64,000 nucleotides of DNA, taken from NCBI GenBank assembly GCA_963817955.1, contig CAWFQK010000002.1, forward strand, positions 800,001 to 864,000, in the 5' to 3' direction. The notes beneath the pieces were generated by a model. The model saw nothing but the letters and a program-made list of their open reading frames with translations, was not told the DNA's origin and made no database searches. The first letter of the stretch is position 1, and every line of letters begins with the position of its first letter. This DNA comes from an uncultured Gemmatimonadaceae bacterium. Its GTDB lineage: Bacteria; Gemmatimonadota; Gemmatimonadetes; Gemmatimonadales; Gemmatimonadaceae. Positions 42,625 through 53,524 of this stretch are shown one piece after another. Both the position numbers and the translations under genes were made by a program.

Positions 42625-43053
42625 GTGAACCTCGACCGCGGGCGACTGCTGGCCATCGATTATGGCGAGCGTCGGATTGGCCTGGCTATCAGCGATCCCA
42701 CTGGAACGATCGCCTCACCGGCCGGCGTCATTCTGCGCCGTGCCGGCAAGCGGCCACCGATCGCCGAGCTCATTCGACGCGCTGAGGCACTCGAGGCGCG
42801 CGGGTTCGTCATGGGACTCCCGCTCGACGGCAACGGGGACGAAACACCACGTTCGATCGAAGCGCGGGCTGTGAGCGCCGAGCTCGAGAAGCGGACGGGC
42901 ATGACCGTGACGCTGGTGGACGAGCGCTACACGACGGCGGTGGCTCTGCGGGCGATCCGCGAGATGGGCGGGTCGACGAGAGGACGGAAGGGAGACGTCG
43001 ATGCCCTCGCGGCTACGGTGCTCCTTCAGCATGCCCTTCAACTTGCCGGCTAA
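42625..43053 (+). CDS. ruvX: Holliday junction resolvase-like RuvX/YqgF
   Basis: LAIDYGERRIGLAISD, VMGLP, VDERYTT, VDALAATVLLQ. Confidence 0.93.
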   Translation: MNLDRGRLLAIDYGERRIGLAISDPTGTIASPAGVILRRAGKRPPIAELIRRAEALEARGFVMGLPLDGNGDETPRSIEARAVSAELEKRTGMTVTLVDERYTTAVALRAIREMGGSTRGRKGDVDALAATVLLQHALQLAG

Positions 43054-44059
43054 CCGCCGGGTGCGCAGGGCGTTGTGCGTCGCCGCCACGGCGTTCGCCA
43101 CAGCGTGTGGCAGTGGAAGCGGGCCAACCGTACGCGTCACGATACCGCCTGGCGCGAGCCTGCGCGTTGCCGGCGACTCTCTCGCGAAAGCAGGCGTGAT
43201 TCACCTTCCGCGCGTCTTCCGTCTGTATGCGTCGCTTCGCAAGAGCGACCGAGGGATCAAGGCCGGCACGTACGTGTTGCATCGCAACGCAGGATGGGGC
43301 TTCGTGCTCGACGCGCTGCACGGCGGCAAGGGACTGGTCCACGTCATTACGATCCCGGAAGGCTTCTCGCTGTCCCAGATCGCGCCGCTGATCGCATCGA
43401 AGTTGGGTCAGCCGCTCGACTCCGTGGTGGCCGCGACTCGCGACACTGCGCTGCTGCATCGCCTGGACATCTCCACTGCCACGGCCGAAGGATACCTGTT
43501 TCCTGATACCTACACCTTTCCCGCCGGAACGACGGCGCGGGCGGCGGTGAACGCGATGGTCCGCCGTTTCGAGCAGGTATGGCAGCCGCAATGGACGGCG
43601 CGTCTCGACACGCTGCACCTGTCGCGGAACGACGTGATGGCGCTCGCGTCGATCGTGGAAACGGAAGCGCGACTACCTGAGGAGCGGCCGGTGATCGCGG
43701 CCGTGTACCTCAACAGGATGCGAGCCGGCATGTTGCTGCAGGCCGACCCGACGGTACAGTACGCGCTGGGCAAGCACGTCGCACGCCTCTACTACAAGGA
43801 TCTCACGGTCGATTCGCCGTACAACACGTACACGCACAAGGGGCTGCCGCCGGGACCGATCGCTTCGCCGGGACGGGCGAGCATCGAAGCGGCGTTGTAT
43901 CCGGCCAACGTGCCATACGTGTATTTCGTGGCTTTCCCGGATGGGCACCATGAATTCCGCCGCGATCTGGCCGGCCACGAGCAGGCCAAGCTCGCCGCTC
44001 GCCGTGCGTGGGATTCAGTCGCGCTGGCGCGCGGCGTGGATACCACCCGACCCAAGTGA
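43031..44059 (+). CDS. mltG: Endolytic transglycosylase MltG (YceG)
   Basis: TIPEG, EGYLFPDTY, LASIVETE, LQADPTVQY, SPYNTY..GLPPGPIASPG. Confidence 0.95.
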   Translation: MPFNLPANRRVRRALCVAATAFATACGSGSGPTVRVTIPPGASLRVAGDSLAKAGVIHLPRVFRLYASLRKSDRGIKAGTYVLHRNAGWGFVLDALHGGKGLVHVITIPEGFSLSQIAPLIASKLGQPLDSVVAATRDTALLHRLDISTATAEGYLFPDTYTFPAGTTARAAVNAMVRRFEQVWQPQWTARLDTLHLSRNDVMALASIVETEARLPEERPVIAAVYLNRMRAGMLLQADPTVQYALGKHVARLYYKDLTVDSPYNTYTHKGLPPGPIASPGRASIEAALYPANVPYVYFVAFPDGHHEFRRDLAGHEQAKLAARRAWDSVALARGVDTTRPK

Positions 44060-44815
44060 CTCCGAGCGCCACCGGAATTTGACGTCGGGCACGCGATCGC
44101 GTGCCTCATCCCGGCGCCCGCCGCGTGTATTTCGTTGGGTGATGTGCGCGTGCATCAGCCGTTCAGCAACAGCGGGAAAGAGCGCGAGATCGACGAGATC
44201 GGGATCGAATTGCGTGGCACGCCCTTCAGCGATCACCGTCATGGCTGCCTCGATCCCGCGTCCGCGTCGATAGCGGCGGCTGCGCGCCACTGAATCCAAG
44301 GTGTCGGCGATGGCGACAATTCGCGCTTCGATCGGAATGCGGGCGCCCCGCAGATGACGCGGGTACCCGCTGCCGTCCCAGCGTTCATGGTGTGCGAGCA
44401 CGCCGATAGGCAGTTCGGGATAGAACGCCGCGAGGGGGGCGAGCACCTCGGCGCCGCGTTGTGGATGCGTGGCGACGGCGCGCCGTTCGTTGATGGAGAG
44501 CCGGGACGCTTCGTGCACGATGTCGAAGAGCGCTTCGTAGATCTTTCCGATGTCGTGGAACAGCGCGACGCGTTCGACGGCCTGCTGTTGTCGTTCGTCG
44601 AGCCCCGCGGCGTCGGCGATGATGAGCGCGTATCGCGCCACTCGACGGACGTGCATGCCCGTCCGCGGGTCATTGGCCTCGATGGCATTGAGCAGCGTTT
44701 GCAACGTCGCGCCGGCGAACCGTTCGACGGCCTGGCGAGCGCGGCGTTGGCGCACGATGACGGCGGCGGCCGCGAGTGCGGCGAAGAGGAGCGGAAGTGG
44801 GTGTCTTCGGTCCAT
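44015..44815 (-). CDS. HD-GYP domain protein (c-di-GMP phosphodiesterase-like) with N-terminal hydrophobic helix
   Basis: HVRRV, LFHDIGK, HHERWDGSGYP, ARIVAIAD, TQFDP. Confidence 0.9.
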   Translation of the reverse strand: MDRRHPLPLLFAALAAAAVIVRQRRARQAVERFAGATLQTLLNAIEANDPRTGMHVRRVARYALIIADAAGLDERQQQAVERVALFHDIGKIYEALFDIVHEASRLSINERRAVATHPQRGAEVLAPLAAFYPELPIGVLAHHERWDGSGYPRHLRGARIPIEARIVAIADTLDSVARSRRYRRGRGIEAAMTVIAEGRATQFDPDLVDLALFPAVAERLMHAHITQRNTRGGRRDEARDRVPDVKFRWRSESLGSGGIHAARQRD

Positions 44816-44893
44816 GCGCCGGGAACTCGCAAGAAACCGGCTCGCGTGTGGACGATGCGATACGAGGATCGGCTGGCCGGGGGGGGGACAACA

Positions 44894-44926
44894 CAAAGCC
44901 CCTGGCCAACTGGGCCAGGGGCTTTG
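44894..44926 (-). terminator. Terminator hairpin after 5S rRNA
   Basis: caaagcccctggcc-aactg-ggccaggggctttg. Confidence 0.85.
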
Positions 44927-44934
44927 CAATGAGG

Positions 44935-45052
44935 TGCCGGCGACGGCCTACTCTCCCGCGCTCTCACGAGCGGAGTACCATCGGCGCTGTAGGGCTTAAC
45001 GATCGTGTTCGGAATGGGAACGAGTGTGGCCCCTACGCTCTAGTCGCCAGCG
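44935..45052 (-). rRNA. rrf: 5S rRNA
   Basis: Minus strand contains CCACACTCGTTCCCATTCCGAACACG, GCGCCGATGGTACT and GGGAGAGTAGG. Confidence 0.97.
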
Positions 45053-45193
45053 AATATGGTTGCTCGTGCCCGTCGCGCGTTCGTCGTGTGACCGAGGAGC
45101 GCGCAGCGAGCGACGAGAAACGATAGTGAAGTCCGAGGTAGATGCGTTTAGTGTTTCCTAATTGTTGCGTGCTTTGCGATACTCCTTTGGGGA

Positions 45194-48170
<2,977 letters not shown>

Positions 48171-48280
48171 AACAATTGGTCAAGCAAAGCACTGCATTCC
48201 TACACTTCATCGATCAAGCACATGTGACGCGCGTTGCCGCGCCTCCCATCCGCTCTATCGATGAGGATTCACTTCCCACG

Positions 48281-48310
48281 ATCTACCTCAGACTTCACTT
48301 GTCAAACAGC
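48281..48310 (-). promoter_or_regulatory. rRNA boxA-like antitermination site and 5' half of the 23S processing stem
   Basis: Minus strand GCTGTTTGACAAG (48310-48298); 48281-48299 pairs with 45125-45143 (19 bp, one G-U). Confidence 0.8.
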
Positions 48311-48361
48311 GATTCTCGCGTGTCGAACGTGCGCGTGTGCGCCGTTCGGGGCGAGCCTTTC

Positions 48362-48390
48362 ATTTTATGGAAGGCTCTGTCGATTCTCAA
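48362..48390 (-). promoter_or_regulatory. sigma70 promoter of the stand-alone 23S-5S unit
   Basis: Minus strand TTGAGA-17 bp-TAAAAT. Confidence 0.8.
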
Positions 48391-48532
48391 GTGGCGCCGC
48401 GTGAATTCAGCAGCACTCAGCAACGAGCTTCGTTAGCGAGGGGCGATAAGGATATCTCGAATTCACGCGGAGATCAACCCCTGCACGCGATAGATTGGAC
48501 GGTTCCGTCTGACGTCGCAACCCGCCTCGAGT

Positions 48533-49705
48533 ATGCCGATGTACGACATCGCCGTCGTGTCCGCCAAAGGCGCCTACCGCTGGCAACACGGACATCCCTG
48601 GATCTACCGCAGCGACGTCACCCAGCGCCCCGCTGCGCCCGCAGGTGCCGTTCGCGTGCATGACCACCGCGGCAAACCGATCGGCCTCGCGCTCTGGAGT
48701 CCGTCATCGGAGATCTCGCTCCGCATGATCGACGATGATCCGCGCGCCGAACTGGACCACGCATGGTGGCGCGTTCGCATCGGCCACGCCCTCGACCGCC
48801 GCCAGCCGCTAATGGGCGTCGCATCCGCGTACCGGCTCATCCACGGCGAAGGCGATGCCTGTCCCTCCCTCATCTGCGACCGATACGACGCATGGCTCGT
48901 GGTGCAGTTGATGAGCGCGGGCCTCGAGGCATTTCGCGCACCGATCCTCGACGTCCTCGAGGACCTGCTGCAACCACGCGGCATTCTCGGGCGGAACGAC
49001 GTCGCGTTGCGCGCCAAGGAATCGCTCCCCGTCGGCGTCGAACTGCTGCGCGGCGAGGTGCCGCAGGAAATCGAGGTCCAGGAGCACGGCATCCGCTTTC
49101 TCGCTGCGCCCTGGCGCGGACAGAAGACGGGCGCCTTTCTCGACCAGCGCGAGAATCGGGTGCTCATCGGCGAACACGCACGCGGACGCGCACTCGACTG
49201 CTTCAGCTACCACGGCTCCTTCGCGCTGCACATGGCGAGGCGCGCCGAGTCGGTCATCGCCCTCGATGTCTCCGCCGACGCGCTGCGTCGTGCGGGCGAA
49301 AACTGCACCCGCAACGGCATCACGAACGTCGAGCTCGTGGAAGCAGACACGTTCGATTACCTGCGCGAGCAGCAAACCGCTGGTCAACGCTTCGACACGA
49401 TCGTCCTCGATCCACCGGCCTTCGCTAAGAACAAGGCATCGCTGCCCTCGGCGATTCGCGGGTACAAGGACATCAATCTGCGTGCGATGCGCCTGCTCGC
49501 GCCTGGTGGCCTGCTGTTCACCGCCAGTTGCAGCTTCCATCTCACGAAGCCGCTCTTTCTCGAAGTGCTGCAGGCGGCTGCCGCCGATTCGGGCCGTCGA
49601 ATGGTGCTGCGCGCGATCACCGGCCAGCCCCTCGATCACCCGGAGGTCATCTCGATTCCGGAAACGGGCTATTTGAAGGGGGCGCTCTTGGAGGCAATAG
49701 TGTGA
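48533..49705 (+). CDS. rlmI: RlmI/RlmK-like class I SAM-dependent rRNA methyltransferase
   Basis: GHPWIY, YRLIHGEGD, GQKTGAFLDQRENR, FDTIVLDPPAF, TASCS, YLK. Confidence 0.88.
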   Translation: MPMYDIAVVSAKGAYRWQHGHPWIYRSDVTQRPAAPAGAVRVHDHRGKPIGLALWSPSSEISLRMIDDDPRAELDHAWWRVRIGHALDRRQPLMGVASAYRLIHGEGDACPSLICDRYDAWLVVQLMSAGLEAFRAPILDVLEDLLQPRGILGRNDVALRAKESLPVGVELLRGEVPQEIEVQEHGIRFLAAPWRGQKTGAFLDQRENRVLIGEHARGRALDCFSYHGSFALHMARRAESVIALDVSADALRRAGENCTRNGITNVELVEADTFDYLREQQTAGQRFDTIVLDPPAFAKNKASLPSAIRGYKDINLRAMRLLAPGGLLFTASCSFHLTKPLFLEVLQAAAADSGRRMVLRAITGQPLDHPEVISIPETGYLKGALLEAIV

Positions 49706-50505
49706 TCGTGCTCGGCCCTGGCGCCTGAGACGTCGGCCTGACACACCGGACAGAAATACGTCGACCGACCGGCCTGCACGATGCGCTCGATGAGCGTGCG
49801 GCAGCGACGACAGGGCTTCCCTTCGCGATCGTACACGGAAAAGCGCGACACCGATTCATCCGTGTCGCGCGCCCCGCTCGCCTTGTCGATCACACGACGA
49901 ACCGCCTTGAGCAGCGCTGCCACCTGCCGTATCGTCAGCGACGATGACGGCGCCGTGGGCGCGATGCGAGCGTGCCAGAGAGACTCGGCAGCGTAGATGT
50001 TTCCAAGCCCGGCAATGACACGCTGGTCGAGCAGTACGGGTTTGATCGGGCCGCGCTTCTTCGACAGCACAGCGTGTAGCGACGAGGGCGTGAGTGCGGG
50101 GTCGCTGGGTTCGGGACCGAGTCCAAGATCGAGTGGGACATGTGCCGGGTGCAGGTCGAGCGTGCTCAGCGCGCGCGGATCCTCGAGCACGACGCGCGAG
50201 CCGTCCGTGAAGGTGATCGACGCACGTGCGAATCGCGGCAGTTCGTCATCGGCTCTGCCGATGACCCAGTCGCCCGTCATGCGAAAGTGCACGTGTAGCC
50301 GGCGACCATTGTCCAGAACGAGCAGCTGATGCTTGCCGCGGCGCTCGACGGCGAGCACCCGCACCTGGCGAAGCGAGCGAAGCCGCGCCGGCGACAGCCG
50401 CCGGCGAAGCGCTGGATGGAGCAGCTCCACGCGCGCCACCGTGCGGCCGACCGCGACTGCGCGCAGACGGCGGGCGGCGCGCTCGACCTCGGGTAACTCG
50501 GGCAT
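49669..50505 (-). CDS. mutM: Formamidopyrimidine-DNA glycosylase / AP lyase
   Basis: MPELPEVE, RRGK, HFRMTG, LLDQRVIAGLGNIYA, zinc finger CRRC..RSTYFCPVCQ. Confidence 0.97.
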   Translation of the reverse strand: MPELPEVERAARRLRAVAVGRTVARVELLHPALRRRLSPARLRSLRQVRVLAVERRGKHQLLVLDNGRRLHVHFRMTGDWVIGRADDELPRFARASITFTDGSRVVLEDPRALSTLDLHPAHVPLDLGLGPEPSDPALTPSSLHAVLSKKRGPIKPVLLDQRVIAGLGNIYAAESLWHARIAPTAPSSSLTIRQVAALLKAVRRVIDKASGARDTDESVSRFSVYDREGKPCRRCRTLIERIVQAGRSTYFCPVCQADVSGARAEHDHTIASKSAPFK

Positions 50506-50560
50506 TGGAATTCGTTCGAGGAGGTTGACCGACGCTTCTGCTACTAGGCAAGTTGCACCC

Positions 50561-51466
50561 GTGCCTTCCTCGACTCAATCCGCCGCGGCGCGCCGACGGC
50601 AAGTGCGCGACGCAGGGTCACCGGCGGTACGCCGAACGTTGTCAGTGGTCCTGGCGCTCAACGTCATCGTCGCGCTGGTCAAGCTCGGCGTCGGCGCCAA
50701 GACTGGTGCGCTCACGGTGCTCGGCGCCGCGCTCGAGTCCGGCCTCGACATGTTCAACAACGCAATTGGGATGATGCTCGTGGCGGTCGCCGGACGCGCG
50801 CCCGACGATGACCATCCGTACGGGCACGACAAGTTCGAGACCCTTGGCGCGCTTGCCATCGTCGGATTCCTGTCCATCTCCTGCTTCGAGCTGCTGCGCG
50901 AAGGCATCGGCGCGCTCCTCGCGAAGCGCGCGCCGCATCACGTCGACAGCGCGGATCTCGTGATCATTGCCTGCACGCTCGTCGTCAATGTGTTTGTCGT
51001 ATGGTACGAGCGGCGGCGGGGCCGGGCACTCGGTAGCGCGTTCCTGCTCGCCGACGCTGCACATACGAGCGGCGACATTCTCGTCACCATACTCGCGCTC
51101 ACGTCGCTGGCGTTGTCGCACGTCGCCGGGCCATGGCTGGATGCCGCTCTTGGCATTGGCGTGGCACTGATCATCGCCTGGAGCGGAATTAAGATCCTGC
51201 GCGAATCGATCCCGATCCTCGTAGATGAGCGCGCGATCGACGCCGACGAGTTGCGCGGCGCCGTGCTGCGCGTGCCGGATATTGGCGATGTGCGCAATGT
51301 GCGGTCGCGCTTTACGGCGTCGGGACAGCTCTTCGCTGAAGTCACGATCGTCGTCCACGGCGGCACACCGGTGGACGAAGCGCACCGACTCGCCGACGCG
51401 GTCGAAGCAGCAATCGAGCGTGAGTTCGGCGCATCGCAGGTGACGGTGCACGTCGAACCCGCGTGA
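50561..51466 (+). CDS. Cation diffusion facilitator family transporter (start uncertain)
   Basis: PDDDHPYGHDKFE, LLADAAHTSGD, AHRLA, VTVHVEP. Confidence 0.92.
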   Translation: MPSSTQSAAARRRQVRDAGSPAVRRTLSVVLALNVIVALVKLGVGAKTGALTVLGAALESGLDMFNNAIGMMLVAVAGRAPDDDHPYGHDKFETLGALAIVGFLSISCFELLREGIGALLAKRAPHHVDSADLVIIACTLVVNVFVVWYERRRGRALGSAFLLADAAHTSGDILVTILALTSLALSHVAGPWLDAALGIGVALIIAWSGIKILRESIPILVDERAIDADELRGAVLRVPDIGDVRNVRSRFTASGQLFAEVTIVVHGGTPVDEAHRLADAVEAAIEREFGASQVTVHVEPA

Positions 51467-51525
51467 GTACTTGCGTGTCGTGAACGGACGTCTAGCTTAC
51501 GCGCATTCTTTCACCGCTCCGAGGC

Positions 51526-52308
51526 ATGACGAATCGACCAACGCGCTCTCTCAAGCACGAGTACGAGCTGTTCGTCGAACAAGAGATTGAGAACTACAAG
51601 GAGTCGGTGCCGCGGAGCGTCATCCTCAGTATTGGGGATGAAGCGATGTCAGTACTTTCCGCCCAACCGCAGCTCGCGCTGACGGAGCTCCTCCTCTGCG
51701 ATGAAGTGGATCGCATCATCTTCAAGCGGCTGCGTCTTGCGACGTACGACACGTGGCGTCGCAAGTGGTTGAAATTGTCCGACGAGCGCCGCCGCCCTGA
51801 GCATTGGGGATTGAGTCCCGACGACGCGCTCGTTCGCGCACTCCCGACGTCCTCCGAGGGTCGAGTGCTATTGGCCGGCGCCGCGGACGAAAGACCGGCG
51901 TTGTATCTCGCGGCGAACGGCTGTGACGTCACGACGTTGGCGGGCGAGGAGGATGCGCTCGAACGCATGAGGCAGGCGGCGATCGGCGCCGGACTCGCCG
52001 GCCGCGTACATGCGCAGATAGGCAACCTGTCGTCGTGGACCCCCGACGTGCCACTCACTGCCGTCATCGTGAACCCCAGCGTTCTCGATGGGCTCTCCTC
52101 CGCGGAACGCGCACGCGTCATCGACATTCTGCAGAGCGCAACGATGGACGGCGGAATCCACCTCGTCCAAACGATCGTCGCCTCCAGTAATGCGACTGAC
52201 GCAATGTCACTCGAGGAACTGCGTAGTCAGTATCGCAACTGGACGGTGACGGTAGAACGAGCCCAGGACCGTTCGAAGACTTTCCTGGCGAGAAAGGGCG
52301 CTGCATGA
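51526..52308 (+). CDS. Hypothetical protein with degenerate SAM-methyltransferase-like C-terminal fold
   Basis: RBS GAGG; GRVLLAGAADERPALYLAANGCDVT resembles MTase motif I without GxG; ends FLARK. Confidence 0.7.
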   Translation: MTNRPTRSLKHEYELFVEQEIENYKESVPRSVILSIGDEAMSVLSAQPQLALTELLLCDEVDRIIFKRLRLATYDTWRRKWLKLSDERRRPEHWGLSPDDALVRALPTSSEGRVLLAGAADERPALYLAANGCDVTTLAGEEDALERMRQAAIGAGLAGRVHAQIGNLSSWTPDVPLTAVIVNPSVLDGLSSAERARVIDILQSATMDGGIHLVQTIVASSNATDAMSLEELRSQYRNWTVTVERAQDRSKTFLARKGAA

Positions 52309-52436
52309 CGACGTGTTAATTAGACACGTCCGTGTCAGTTCATTCTGTATTGGATCGACACAAACCAGCCAAACCGGCTGGTTGTTTCGTTTTGTAAGCA
52401 CTTTTGAGTAAACGACTTAACGCTTCCATTGCGCTA

Positions 52437-52452
52437 TGGCACCACCAGTGCA
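52437..52452 (+). promoter_or_regulatory. Candidate sigma54 -24/-12 promoter
   Basis: TGGCACCACCAGTGCA (GG-N10-GC), preceded by an AT-rich IHF-like site at 52395-52419. Confidence 0.6.
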
Positions 52453-52567
52453 AAATGGGGTGGCGCGACGGCAACCGGCCAGTCGTGAAAGTCGCTGGGC
52501 CCGTTGCGGCGGACCGTATCCCGCCGCCGGGCCACGCGAGTGACGGAATCAGAGATCAGCGACATAT

Positions 52568-52723
52568 ATGAAGGCAAAGGGAAAGAGCGGCTCGGACCAG
52601 GAGCCCATCGGCATCGTGATTTCGCGCGGAGCGCGTGGCGACCAGCGGCCCACGTTTTCTGCGTACGTGTGGGGACCGGCGCCAGAGGTTCCTGACGATG
52701 GGCGCGACGGCAAGATCGGATAG
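52568..52723 (+). CDS. Small hypothetical protein, 51 aa (MKAKGKSGSDQEPIGIVISRGARGDQRPTFSAYVWGPAPEVPDDGRDGKIG)
   Basis: Manually translated, below the ORF-track cutoff; lies between the candidate promoter and a terminator. Confidence 0.55.
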   Translation: MKAKGKSGSDQEPIGIVISRGARGDQRPTFSAYVWGPAPEVPDDGRDGKIG

Positions 52724-52755
52724 CCGCCCAGATCGAACACAGCAGCGTCGACAGC

Positions 52756-52797
52756 AGCGACGGCACTCTCAGTGAGTGGCGTCGCTTTTGTTTTTTT
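52756..52797 (+). terminator. Intrinsic terminator
   Basis: agcgacggcactc-tcagt-gagtggcgtcgct followed by TTTGTTTTTTT. Confidence 0.85.
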
Positions 52798-52810
52798 GCC
52801 CGTGACAGGT

Positions 52811-53185
52811 GACGGCCTGTCATCCTGAGCAAAGCGAAGGATCGCTGTGAACGGCGCACAGCCTTTTAACGCAGAGGTCGCAGAGAACTGCAAGAGGACG
52901 CAGAGAACTGCAGAGGACCGTGAAGGATTGTCTCGCCTGGAAGGCTTGGCGGATGCCGTCGTGACGCTCCGATGGTATCGCCCAGGTCGGGCTCATCAAC
53001 GATATAGGCGGAATGATTGTGGACTCGGCAATCACGGTTCATTCCACCGATACGCGCTTCTCTCTTCCGTACGCTTACAGTTTTCTTTTGCCGTTCTCTG
53101 CGCCCTCTGCAGTTCTCTGCAGTTCTCTGCGTTAAAGTTGTTCGACCGCCCAGAGAGATCCTCCGCTTTGCTCAGGATGAAAGGC
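52811..53185. mobile_element. Family A palindromic element, copy 4 (core inverted relative to copy 1)
   Basis: Outer CCTGTCATCCTGAGCAAAGCGAAGGATC / GATCCTCCGCTTTGCTCAGGATGA, inner TTTAACGCAGAG IR, core ~52913-53077. Confidence 0.85.
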
Positions 53186-53191
53186 ATCGCG

Positions 53192-53229
53192 AAAAAAAGA
53201 AGCCGGCGCGAACGCCGGCTCCCCTTTTT
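53192..53229. terminator. Terminator of the histone-like gene (possibly bidirectional)
   Basis: A7-ga-agccggcg-cgaa-cgccggct-cccc-T5. Confidence 0.8.
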
Positions 53230-53245
53230 CCTTCAAATGCGCGAA

Positions 53246-53368
53246 CTAGCGACGGGTGGCCTTCTTCGCAACCTTGCGAACCGTCTTCTTGGCGGCGGTC
53301 TTACGGACCGCTTTCTTCGCACCAGCCTTCTTCGCGCCGCCCTTACGGGCACTCTTCTTTGCAGCCAT
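53246..53368 (-). CDS. 40-aa Lys/Ala/Arg-rich histone H1-like small basic protein
   Basis: RBS GGAGAG 6 nt upstream; MAAKKSARKGGAKKAGAKKAVRKTAAKKTVRKVAKKATRR; followed by its own terminator. Confidence 0.8.
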   Translation of the reverse strand: MAAKKSARKGGAKKAGAKKAVRKTAAKKTVRKVAKKATRR

Positions 53369-53524
53369 TGTGAACTCTCCATTCATGGAGGTACTTGCTC
53401 TCGACCGATCCCCCGGTGGATTCGGCGAGACGACGACCGTTACGCATGGCTTTCGCCGTGTTGCGCTTGGATCGTCGCTACACACGCCTCCGCGGAGGCG
53501 CGCGAAGTCCTTGATACTGCTCCA

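Noticed and set aside
44015..44059. Convergent 3' overlaps mltG/HD-GYP (45 bp) and rlmI/mutM (49669-49705, 37 bp)
   Set aside because: Short tail overlaps are common in GC-rich genomes, and nothing indicates a function.
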